Part shown: positions 55,913-63,910 of the stretch, one piece after another
Layout: each line of letters begins with the position of its first letter
Numbering within the stretch: position 1 is the stretch's first letter
Source: a virus
Taxonomy: Duplodnaviria; Heunggongvirae; Uroviricota; Caudoviricetes
Virus record (IMG/VR): IMGVR_UViG_3300005076_000001
Location: 23,361-87,360 of that record
DNA length: 64,000 bases
Reading direction: 5' to 3' (one strand)
Program-made: the position numbers and the translations under genes
Notes under the pieces: generated by a model
What the model was told of the DNA's origin: nothing
The model's database searches: none
The model's input: only the letters and a program-made list of their open reading frames with translations

Positions 55913-56067
55913 GGGGGCAAGCGTGGACATTGACAAGCGTGAGCGAGATGCTAAAATCTTGACAGGTGGTTTTGTTTGCATGGTGGCATTAGGTTTTGTT
56001 GTATTTATTGCCACTGTACTACTTGTACCTCTTCTATTCTGGCTAGCAAATTAAAGGAGACGATAAC

Positions 56068-56361
56068 ATGAACAAGCAATTTAAAGAGTTTGCTGATATT
56101 GTAAAGACCTACGCACAACCAACTAAGGAGAAGCCCATGAACACACAATCTAGTGACAAACCATTTGTCGGAGCATTCTTTGTCATTTCTTGTGTTGGAG
56201 AGAATGAAGAACGCATTAGCCAATTCTTCTCTCACAAAGAGATGGCTCGTGCATTCATTGAAAGCTGTGACGTTGTAGAGAATGAAATGTTGTACATTGA
56301 TGTTGTAAGAGATGAAGAACATAAGCAATTCTTGCTTGACAACATTGAGAAGATAAAGTAA
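56068..56361 (+). CDS. hypothetical protein
   Basis: 97 aa ORF with AAAGGAGACG RBS. Confidence 0.3.
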   Translation: MNKQFKEFADIVKTYAQPTKEKPMNTQSSDKPFVGAFFVISCVGENEERISQFFSHKEMARAFIESCDVVENEMLYIDVVRDEEHKQFLLDNIEKIK

Positions 56362-56395
56362 TATACAAACACATTGAACGTAGGGAGAGAAAGAA

Positions 56396-57097
56396 ATGAA
56401 ACAACAGAAATTCTTTGTTGGTGATAAAATAGAAAGAACAGACAACTTTATGCAGGAGTTTGGTGGCGAACGTGGTGTTGCTTACACTGTAAAACATGTT
56501 AGTGCCGACGGGTGGTTTATTGTGGTTACGGATGGTTATTCTGTATCAGGAAACCGTTATCCTGAATACTACACCCTCGTAGAACGTGCATGGCAAGAGA
56601 ATGACGGCACACAAGGAGCTGACGAAGACACGTACATTGAAGTCTTGTTCAATGACGCAACAACGCCGTCTATTGTTACAGTTGAGAAAGAGTGGTGGGA
56701 AAATACGAAGGGTATGGTGAAGTGGCGTATTGCCGATGAGTATGAAAACCCAAAAGAGTTTTTTGAGCAGGAACAATCGGCAAATTCTGTGTGTCCACCA
56801 GAAGCACAGCCTCCGGTGTGTGCCATTCCCCCTGCACATGTTGCTCTTGGGGAAGAGCTTGTTGCTGTTGACGTGCAAAAGAAAAACAAATACACTCGTG
56901 AAATCAAGCCGAATGTGTTTGTTGATGTGTATGATGTTCTTCGTGCTTTTAATGTAACAGACCCTTGTCTGAGCCACTTGGCGAAAAAGGCACTTGCAGC
57001 AGGGCAACGTCATCATAAAGACCGCCTGACAGACTTGCAAGACATTAAGGCTAGTATTGAACGTGCAATTGAAATGCACATTGAATGGGAGAAGTGA
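56396..57097 (+). CDS. hypothetical protein
   Basis: 233 aa ORF. Confidence 0.35.
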   Translation: MKQQKFFVGDKIERTDNFMQEFGGERGVAYTVKHVSADGWFIVVTDGYSVSGNRYPEYYTLVERAWQENDGTQGADEDTYIEVLFNDATTPSIVTVEKEWWENTKGMVKWRIADEYENPKEFFEQEQSANSVCPPEAQPPVCAIPPAHVALGEELVAVDVQKKNKYTREIKPNVFVDVYDVLRAFNVTDPCLSHLAKKALAAGQRHHKDRLTDLQDIKASIERAIEMHIEWEK

Positions 57098-57098
57098 A

Positions 57099-57380
57099 AT
57101 GAACACACTTATTTCACAGCTAGAGTACATGGCTTGGAAGCTTACATGGGCTGACAGCAAATGGAAATGTAACATGACAGGTGTAGAATTTACGCTCCCT
57201 ACGGAAGTGAGGAAGGGTGATTTCTACGAATTCGGTAAGAGTTATGTTGATGTTGGAACAGAAAGCTATTCACGTTTTGGAGGTAGTCCTGTTCTTGTAG
57301 AAGCTCCGCACAGGCAGCTTGCTGAAACAATTCGAGAATATGTTGAACAACTGAAAGGAAAGAAAGATGACAACACTTGA
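57099..57380 (+). CDS. hypothetical protein
   Basis: ATG 57099 with GGGAGAAG RBS (track starts 57057). Confidence 0.3.
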   Translation: MNTLISQLEYMAWKLTWADSKWKCNMTGVEFTLPTEVRKGDFYEFGKSYVDVGTESYSRFGGSPVLVEAPHRQLAETIREYVEQLKGKKDDNT

Positions 57381-57672
57381 AGATTTGAAGAAAAAGCTGG
57401 AAGAGGCACAGAGTAATGTCGCTTCTCTTGAGAAAGAGATTGCTTCTAAAACACCACATTTTTGTGGGAAGTTTGACTTCTTGTATCTACTGCCACACCG
57501 CGCTGAGATTGTGCGTCGTTGGTGTGAGAAACATCAACTGCCTTATTCTATTGATGGGGTTTCAGCTTATGGGTTTGCTGGAGGTTATATCAGCATGGAC
57601 GTTTATGTAGATGGCGCTTTTACGTCAGCCCGTCTTCGTGATTTGGCAGATAAGATGGAGGAGAATGTATGA
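57367..57672 (+). CDS. hypothetical protein
   Basis: 101 aa ORF. Confidence 0.3.
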   Translation: MTTLEDLKKKLEEAQSNVASLEKEIASKTPHFCGKFDFLYLLPHRAEIVRRWCEKHQLPYSIDGVSAYGFAGGYISMDVYVDGAFTSARLRDLADKMEENV

Positions 57673-58409
57673 CACAACGTACCGAACAAATTAAAGTGGA
57701 GTTCATTGACAAGATGGGCAGTGACAAGCGCATTTGTAACGCTGCTCGCGTTTCATTTGCCAAGTGGGATGATACTGAAGAAATCACTGAGGCAGATAAG
57801 GGATTGCTTCGTTATCTTGCTACAGGTTTGCCAAAAGCTGAACGTGACGATTGGGAGAAACGTGCAAAAGCACACACTCATTTCACACCTTTCTGCCATG
57901 CAACACTATCTGTTCGTGTAACTGTTCCTATCTTCGTTGCACGACAATTGCACAAACATGTAATCGGTTTGGTGATTAACGAAGAGTCTCGTCGTTACAT
58001 TACAAACGATGTTAAGCTTTTTATTCCAGATGTTGTGCATAAAGCCCCAGCACATGCAAAGCAAGGTGCAAGTGATGAAGAGCACACTGCTATTGTAGTG
58101 AAAGAGGCTAAGTTTGGAGGTGATGATCTGACAGCAAAACAGCTTATTGAACAGCAAACAAATGCTGCTGTCGATGTGTACGAGGCTCTGCTAGACGCAG
58201 GAGTTGCACCAGAAGAAGCACGTATGGTATTGCCTTTGAATACAATGGTGACGTGGATTTGGACAGGCTCTCTTCTGGCTTTCAACCGTGTTTATCAACA
58301 ACGTATTGACAGCCATGCACAGAAGACAGGTACGCAAGAGTTTGCCGAGAAGCTTGGTACAATTCTCTATGAATACTTTCCGCATAGTATGGAAGCACTA
58401 AACAATTAG
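57669..58409 (+). CDS. thyX: flavin-dependent thymidylate synthase
   Basis: 246 aa; ThyX signature HKHVIGLVINEESRRY (RHR-x7-S-x-RY type); C-terminal MVTWIWTGSLLAFNR. Confidence 0.75.
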   Translation: MTQRTEQIKVEFIDKMGSDKRICNAARVSFAKWDDTEEITEADKGLLRYLATGLPKAERDDWEKRAKAHTHFTPFCHATLSVRVTVPIFVARQLHKHVIGLVINEESRRYITNDVKLFIPDVVHKAPAHAKQGASDEEHTAIVVKEAKFGGDDLTAKQLIEQQTNAAVDVYEALLDAGVAPEEARMVLPLNTMVTWIWTGSLLAFNRVYQQRIDSHAQKTGTQEFAEKLGTILYEYFPHSMEALNN

Positions 58410-58420
58410 AAACACACATG

Positions 58421-58450
58421 AGAGCATACATTTCTGTATGCTCTTTTTGT
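58421..58450 (+). terminator. rho-independent terminator (AGAGCATACA hairpin family)
   Basis: AGAGCATACA-tttc-TGTATGCTCT then TTTTTGTTTTTG. Confidence 0.65.
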
Positions 58451-58458
58451 TTTTGTGC

Positions 58459-58487
58459 TTGACAACATGCTTGCTGTGGATTATATT
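58459..58487 (+). promoter_or_regulatory. sigma70 promoter TTGACA-N17-TATATT
   Basis: -35 58459-58464; -10 58482-58487. Confidence 0.5.
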
Positions 58488-58519
58488 AGCTACATCAACA
58501 ACGAAGCAGGAGAAAGAAC

Positions 58520-58765
58520 ATGAAACAATTTCCGTACGCACAGCAAATCATTTGGGAGAATGATGTTGAGCAAATTGAATGGGAAGAGCAGTATGGGAAG
58601 TGCTGGAAATCGACTCTTTACGTTGCCAAAACCCATAACACGAAAGACGTTGTTGTAGGCGGGTTCTCCAGCAGGAATACAATTGGGGATGAGATTTTAG
58701 TGTTCATGACACCTAACGGTAGACAGCTTGAAGTAAGTAAACTCTTGTGCTGGGCAAAGCTATGA
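58520..58765 (+). CDS. hypothetical protein
   Basis: 81 aa ORF. Confidence 0.3.
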   Translation: MKQFPYAQQIIWENDVEQIEWEEQYGKCWKSTLYVAKTHNTKDVVVGGFSSRNTIGDEILVFMTPNGRQLEVSKLLCWAKL

Positions 58766-58932
58766 CAAGTGGCTACTATTTCATTAAGCTAGCTACAAAC
58801 GTAGCCCTTCCAATGTACGTCATATGTCTTGACGAACGCATGTATATTTGGCAGAATGGGAAACAACAATGGCTGCAATTGAAGAAAGAGCAAATAATGG
58901 GTGAACGTCTTACGTATGAGGGAGATAAGTAA
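58747..58932 (+). CDS. hypothetical protein
   Basis: 61 aa ORF. Confidence 0.25.
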   Translation: MLGKAMTSGYYFIKLATNVALPMYVICLDERMYIWQNGKQQWLQLKKEQIMGERLTYEGDK

Positions 58933-59768
58933 TGCTATACAACATCCTCAAACAACTTCAAGAAACACCGAGTACAAACGATAAGCTTTCTATTTTGAAA
59001 GCAAACAAAGACAATGAGACATTGAAAGAATACATGCGTCTTGTTTGTTGCCCTTCTGTCTCGTTTTATATTACAGCAAAGACGTTTCCTGTTGTATCTA
59101 AGATAGGGACACATACATTCCAGTCTCTCATGAATGCTGGGTATTCTCTTGGTACAAAAGAACTTTCTCAACGTCATGTTACAGGACAGGCAGCAAAGAA
59201 TTTTATTGTTGCTACAATGGAAGACCTTGATGAAGAGCACCAACAACTGTACAAAATGCTTCTTCTCAAGGACATTCGTGCGAAAGTGGGGGCAACACTT
59301 GTGAATAAGGTGTGGCCTAATTTGTGTGTCTCTGTTCCATATCAACGCTGCTCTCTTCCAGATGAAAAGACATTGGAGAAGTTTAAGAATGGAGAACAGT
59401 TCTTTGTTCAACTTAAATACGATAGTTCTTTTGCATATGCGTTCAAGTCTCCACGTGAATTTGCCCTTATTACAAGGGCCGGGTCACGATACCCCAAAGA
59501 AATTGCAAGTATCATTACAGAAGACATTCCAGAGAACTACGTGTTGATGGGTGAGTTAGAGGTTGTTTACAAAGGGGAAGTCCTTTCTAGAAAAGATGGC
59601 TGTGGGGTGCTAAATAGCTTGTTGAACGGAGGGCCGTTACCTTCTGGTTGTGGGCTTCAATTAACTGCGTGGGATGTTGTCAGTGTTGAAGAATTTTCAA
59701 AAAGTAAGAGTGACAAACCGTACTGGGAAAGACTCAACCTGCTGAGGGGGATGTTCACGAATGAGTGA
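58932..59768 (+). CDS. ATP-dependent DNA ligase (T4 gp30-like), N-terminal fragment (through motif IIIa)
   Basis: MLYNILKQLQETPSTNDKLSILKANKDNETLKEYMRL ~ T4 ligase N-terminus; VNKVWPNL; motif I region QLKYDSSF; LITRAGSRY; ends where T4 ligase continues. Confidence 0.7.
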   Translation: MLYNILKQLQETPSTNDKLSILKANKDNETLKEYMRLVCCPSVSFYITAKTFPVVSKIGTHTFQSLMNAGYSLGTKELSQRHVTGQAAKNFIVATMEDLDEEHQQLYKMLLLKDIRAKVGATLVNKVWPNLCVSVPYQRCSLPDEKTLEKFKNGEQFFVQLKYDSSFAYAFKSPREFALITRAGSRYPKEIASIITEDIPENYVLMGELEVVYKGEVLSRKDGCGVLNSLLNGGPLPSGCGLQLTAWDVVSVEEFSKSKSDKPYWERLNLLRGMFTNE

Positions 59769-60342
59769 TAATTTACACTGGGAAGATTATTTCTACTACG
59801 ACGAAACAAGTCCTAGTTGTCTAAGGTGGAAAGTTTCTGTGTACAGTGGATGTGGGTTAAAAACACAGAATGTCAGAGAAAACCAAGAAATCCAGCATAA
59901 AGATCGTGAAGGGTATTTTGTTGTTGGGTTGATGAAGAGGAGACATAAAGTACATAGAATAATCTATGAGATGTTCTACGGAGAAATCCCAGAGGGCATG
60001 GTGATAGACCACGTAGATAGAGACAAAGAAAACAACAAGATTGAGAATCTGCGCGCAGTTTCATGCAAAGTTAATTCCAGAAATACTAAAAGATACTCCT
60101 CCAACACGTCTGGGGTGACAGGGGTTAGTTTGCAAACCTCTTATAAGTCTTCAGGAAATTACACAGCGTATGTTGCAAATTGGACAGATTTAGAAGGAGT
60201 AAAACACGGAAAGTCATTTTCCATCCTTAAATATGGGGAAGAATTGGCATTGAAATTGGCCGAGGAGTATAGACGCAGTAAGATTGCGGAGCTTAATGCG
60301 CAAGGAGCTGGGTACAATGACACACATGGGGATGTGCTATGA
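59761..60342 (+). CDS. HNH_3 homing endonuclease with AP2 domain, inserted between ligase halves
   Basis: IDHVDRDKENNKIENLRAVSCKVNSRN HNH_3 motif; AP2-like GVTGVSLQTSYKSSGNYTAYVANW...ELALKLAEEYRR; own SD GAGGGGGA; ATG overlaps ligase-N stop. Confidence 0.75.
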   Translation: MSDNLHWEDYFYYDETSPSCLRWKVSVYSGCGLKTQNVRENQEIQHKDREGYFVVGLMKRRHKVHRIIYEMFYGEIPEGMVIDHVDRDKENNKIENLRAVSCKVNSRNTKRYSSNTSGVTGVSLQTSYKSSGNYTAYVANWTDLEGVKHGKSFSILKYGEELALKLAEEYRRSKIAELNAQGAGYNDTHGDVL

Positions 60343-60839
60343 AAAATATTAAACTCGCAGAAACACACACAGTTACGTCACTGGAGGGTGCTTTTGAGAT
60401 CTATTCCAGATATGTTGAGCAAGGTTATGAGGGTGTGATTATTAAGACAAAAGATTTTTTGTGGAGTTCGTCTACAAGTAAGGAATGTCTCAAGCTGAAA
60501 GTGGAAGCAGAGATTGACTTGATTTGGACAGACAGTGTGGAAGGCAAGGGGAAAGCTGCCGGAATGCTTGGTGCTATGTGCTTGCAAAGCTCTTGTGGAC
60601 GTGTTAAAGTGGATTGTGGCACTGGCTATACAGATGCACAGCGTAAACAGCTTTGGGAAGAACGTAGCAGCCTGCATGGCTCTGTTGTGACGGTGAAAGC
60701 CAACGACCTCGTCTCGAAGGAAGGCAGCAATGTGTTGTCTCTATTCCTACCTGTGTTCATTGAGCTACGTGAGAAGCAAGAGGCAGACAGCTTGGAACGT
60801 ATTGAGCAAATTTTCAATGCTGCTAAACATATTGCTTGA
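60339..60839 (+). CDS. ATP-dependent DNA ligase C-terminal fragment (motifs IV, V and OB domain)
   Basis: EGVIIK (motif IV), CLKLK (motif V), GKGKAAGMLGAM...LFLPVFIELRE aligns with T4 ligase C-terminus; own SD GGGGA; ATGA overlap with HEG stop. Confidence 0.7.
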   Translation: MKNIKLAETHTVTSLEGAFEIYSRYVEQGYEGVIIKTKDFLWSSSTSKECLKLKVEAEIDLIWTDSVEGKGKAAGMLGAMCLQSSCGRVKVDCGTGYTDAQRKQLWEERSSLHGSVVTVKANDLVSKEGSNVLSLFLPVFIELREKQEADSLERIEQIFNAAKHIA

Positions 60840-60899
60840 CACACATTCCTACACAAGCTAATATACAGACATACAAACAATGTAACGAAAGGAAGAGAA

Positions 60900-61040
60900 A
60901 TGAAAGACATTCTGCTTCAGATTGAACAACTGGAAGATGAAGTGATTGTGTGGCAAGAACGCGGCAATGTAACGCTTGCTCGTAAGTTCAAGGAGCAACT
61001 GATTGCTTTGCGTAAACAAGTGTTGAAAGGGGAAGAATGA
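60900..61040 (+). CDS. small hypothetical protein (46 aa)
   Basis: ORF with AAAGGAAGAGAA RBS, not in track (<60 aa). Confidence 0.25.
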   Translation: MKDILLQIEQLEDEVIVWQERGNVTLARKFKEQLIALRKQVLKGEE

Positions 61041-61390
61041 TGCCTCTGACAACACAAGATTTTCTGTATAAAGGGTACAAGAAATTCAAGTCTGTACTTA
61101 ACAATGCTGATTTTGGTTTGCAACGCGTTGTGCGTGATGAGGAAGGGAATAAGAAATACTTCCTAACCGTGTATGCATACGACTTCAGCACATCACAACA
61201 TCAAGCACTAGCACAGCGAGGGATTGTGTTCTCTTACGAGGTGTGTTTGTATACGGAAGATTTTGCACAAGAAGATGGTTACACTACGTTCCATGTAACA
61301 GGTAGTGTTGAAGACATTGAAACATTTGAAAAGTGGATTGAACACATGTACAATAAGCTGAATTGCGTTATTGATGTTCATAACAACTAA
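61037..61390 (+). CDS. hypothetical protein
   Basis: 117 aa ORF, ATGA overlap. Confidence 0.3.
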   Translation: MMPLTTQDFLYKGYKKFKSVLNNADFGLQRVVRDEEGNKKYFLTVYAYDFSTSQHQALAQRGIVFSYEVCLYTEDFAQEDGYTTFHVTGSVEDIETFEKWIEHMYNKLNCVIDVHNN

Positions 61391-61462
61391 GCCGTAAAAA
61401 CAATAGGGGTATATATGTACATATATACATTTGTTTGCCCCTGTTTTATTTAAGGAGAGAAC

Positions 61463-61627
61463 ATGCTATCATTGTTCATACTATCGTGCTTGTGCCTGTT
61501 GTGTGGACTGCTTGTCTCTCGTCTAGGAGATGACAGCAAGAGTGTTCCATTGGCTCTGCTAGGTTTTGCAGCCCTCATTGTAGGGTTTACAGGTGTGATG
61601 GTGTCGTTAGGGTATGTTGCTGTTTAA
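61463..61627 (+). CDS. small membrane protein (54 aa)
   Basis: hydrophobic ORF with TAAGGAGAGAAC RBS, not in track. Confidence 0.3.
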   Translation: MLSLFILSCLCLLCGLLVSRLGDDSKSVPLALLGFAALIVGFTGVMVSLGYVAV

Positions 61628-61639
61628 AGGAGAAAGAGA

Positions 61640-62350
61640 ATGAATAAAATTGAAGTGTTTGAATGTCCTACGTGCAACACGCTGCATCGCACAGAGAAAG
61701 GTGTGCAAGGGTGCATGAAGCTGCACAAAAAGGCAGAAGATAAGCGTGCTGAAGCTCTTGAGCAGAAAAAGCTAGAACAAGAAATCCGCAACATTCCAGC
61801 ACGAGAGGCAGAAAGCTTGGAGCAATTTCTTGACATGGTGTTGGAGCTACAACATAAGGTGCCACACCTTGTTGAAGAAGGGCATGTTACAGCTTACAAA
61901 ATCACTCGCAACCCTTGGCGCTGGGGTGTTGGTGAAGTGGGGCTGGATGTTACGTTTTGGTATAAGAACAAGAAAAGAACTGGTTGGTTTTCCCCGTCAA
62001 CAGTGATGGATTTCTTCGTTGGTTTTAGAACAGGTAGTGGAAGTGGTAACGGAGAAGATGAAATGTCTCTCCAATGTTATTTCGACATTTCTGTTATTGA
62101 TAAAATGCGAGATAAAATCCAAAAAGAATTGGAGAATAAAGAAGAGCTTTCTGCATTTATTCAGCATGTGCAAGAAGAGAATAACAAAGCATTTTATAAT
62201 AGCCCACATATTGTCGAATTAACTACAAAGATTAAAGCGTTAAATACAGAGCTAAATAGGCTTCGTAATGAACTATTTACTGTTCCGACAGAGAATAAAA
62301 TAAACGAGGAGCGGTTGAAATATACGTGGCAATATATTGATGCCCTTTAA
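61640..62350 (+). CDS. hypothetical protein with N-terminal Zn ribbon and coiled coil
   Basis: CPTCNTLH...GCMKLH then KAEDKRAEALEQKKLEQE. Confidence 0.35.
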   Translation: MNKIEVFECPTCNTLHRTEKGVQGCMKLHKKAEDKRAEALEQKKLEQEIRNIPAREAESLEQFLDMVLELQHKVPHLVEEGHVTAYKITRNPWRWGVGEVGLDVTFWYKNKKRTGWFSPSTVMDFFVGFRTGSGSGNGEDEMSLQCYFDISVIDKMRDKIQKELENKEELSAFIQHVQEENNKAFYNSPHIVELTTKIKALNTELNRLRNELFTVPTENKINEERLKYTWQYIDAL

Positions 62351-62774
62351 CTTGTTTTAAAAACCATCCCCGCCTAATTAAGCCCCGCCTTATTTAGGCT
62401 GGGGCATTTCTTATTATGTGAGCGCCAGCACACAACCCTACAACTGACGTATGTTCTACGAACGTGCAGACATTTCCCTAGAAATCGAGGACATTTGTTT
62501 CTAACACTCTTGGAAAGCTATTTACCAAACTACTCAAGGAGTTTATTATACGAGGGCTTTGGAATGGTATTTGTGTTTAAATGGGAGAGGAATCGAGGAA
62601 TAAATTCTGGTGAAGTCTTAAAATGCTTTTCGTAAATAGACAGAGAAATGTAAAACTACTCGACCGACGTGTTTATACAAAATGCTGACGCTGGTTTTGC
62701 TTTTTCGCGCCAGTTCCGTCGTGATTTCTTCCTATAAAACCTTGGAATGGTTTTTGCATTTTTATATAGGCGTA

Positions 62775-62894
62775 AAACATTTATACAATATGCTGACGCA
62801 TATATTGTCTTTTAACAATATGTCGAAACATAGAATATCAACAGACAATATATCGGCGTATATAATGAACAAAGACAATATGTCTAAATACATT
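62775..62894. repeat. iteron array: four direct repeats of ACAATAT(G/A)T... with exact 30-bp period, plus 20-bp direct repeat TTTATACAAnATGCTGACGC
   Basis: ACAATA cores at 62775, 62805, 62835, 62865; second copy of TTTATACAA..ATGCTGACGC at 62664 and 62771; AT-rich, noncoding. Confidence 0.6.
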
Positions 62895-63240
62895 ATATTT
62901 ATATGTAAAATGAATTAGCCCGTGGGCGCTGGCTTTTTAAACCAGTTGCAATCTATTAATAAACATTCCCTTGTTAATTTTACGAAAACGACAGGCACCA
63001 GCCGTCCTGCTCGATTGACTAGCTTCTTCGCGGAGTATACAGGAAATCAGAGAAAAGGCAAGCGGAATATTGAACAGGACGTTAGACAAGAAAGGAATAT
63101 AAAACGGCGTTTTTATGCTTACAAGAATATCGCGCAGCCTTGCCGTCCACCCCGGCAAACTGGCCTTCGAATCAGTAGGAACATTATAAAACAAAAAGAC
63201 AGGACAATGCAAGCCATATCCTACAAACGACAGGCAAAAT

Positions 63241-63268
63241 AAAAGCCCCTTGCGGGGCTTGTTTTGTT
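63241..63268. terminator. bidirectional rho-independent terminator
   Basis: AAAAGCCCC-ttgc-GGGGCTT then GTTTTGTT; A-tract on other side. Confidence 0.65.
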
Positions 63269-63273
63269 CATAT

Positions 63274-63717
63274 TCACAGCCACCAAGGGGCGCGGGCTTC
63301 TACTACTTCTTTCACGCAACCGACGCTAACCCAGATATTAGCACCTTCATGTTGCACACAAACCGTTTCAGGGTCGTATTGATTGAAACGCGCATTGTAT
63401 CCGCCAGCGTCATAATCAACGACAAGCAGCGGCGTTTTGTTTGGCGCTTTACGGCTACGTTGCAATACTACGGTGCAACCAATCAGTTTACTGCCGTAAA
63501 CCTTGGTTTCGTTGGCTTGCCACCAATCGGCAGCTGCCTGTTTTTCTTCTTGTGTAGCATTTACGCGCGCATCATCAAATCGACCATTGTCGTATGCACT
63601 GGCCACGCAGTCCATGTATACCTCTTCGCCATTCCACATAATGGCAAACGTGCGCGCGCCGTCGTTGTCGTTGTAAGTGTGGTCTACTGCTACGCAAACA
63701 GGGGCTTGGGTTTTCAT
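63274..63717 (-). CDS. hypothetical protein encoded by GC-rich moron
   Basis: 147 aa; ~52% GC vs ~42% flanks; own promoter and terminator. Confidence 0.45.
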   Translation of the reverse strand: MKTQAPVCVAVDHTYNDNDGARTFAIMWNGEEVYMDCVASAYDNGRFDDARVNATQEEKQAAADWWQANETKVYGSKLIGCTVVLQRSRKAPNKTPLLVVDYDAGGYNARFNQYDPETVCVQHEGANIWVSVGCVKEVVEARAPWWL

Positions 63718-63745
63718 GATGTTGGCCTTTCGTGCCGTGTTGATA

Positions 63746-63773
63746 AGATAGGTTGATTATAGCAAAGCCGTGT
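63746..63773 (-). promoter_or_regulatory. promoter TTGCAA-N16-TATAAT (minus strand) for moron gene
   Basis: minus-strand TTGCAA (plus 63768-63773), TATAAT (plus 63746-63751); RBS GAAAGG. Confidence 0.5.
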
Positions 63774-63910
63774 AACATTGCAAGCGTTATTTTCACCTTG
63801 TTACAAAATAACAGGCAGCGGTGCCGTGCACCCCCAGCCATGCTGATCGAACCATTAAGGACAGTATACAAAAGAAAAGCAGCAAGCGCAAATTGTTTTT
63901 CGTGGCGTGC

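Noticed and set aside
59085-59120. Ligase motif I deviation (KYDSSF) as evidence of pseudogene
   Set aside because: Catalytic Lys and Asp are retained and remaining motifs are intact; insufficient to call pseudogene without alignment to close relatives.
63150-63185. tRNA-like TTCGAATC (T-loop-like) sequence
   Set aside because: No acceptor, D or anticodon stems can be drawn around it; no tRNA detected anywhere in window by eye.
62922-63242. 106 aa basic ORF (GTG start) in the large intergenic region
   Set aside because: Starts inside a hairpin, no RBS, Lys/Arg-rich low-complexity translation of AT-rich noncoding DNA; region better explained as repeat-rich noncoding sequence.
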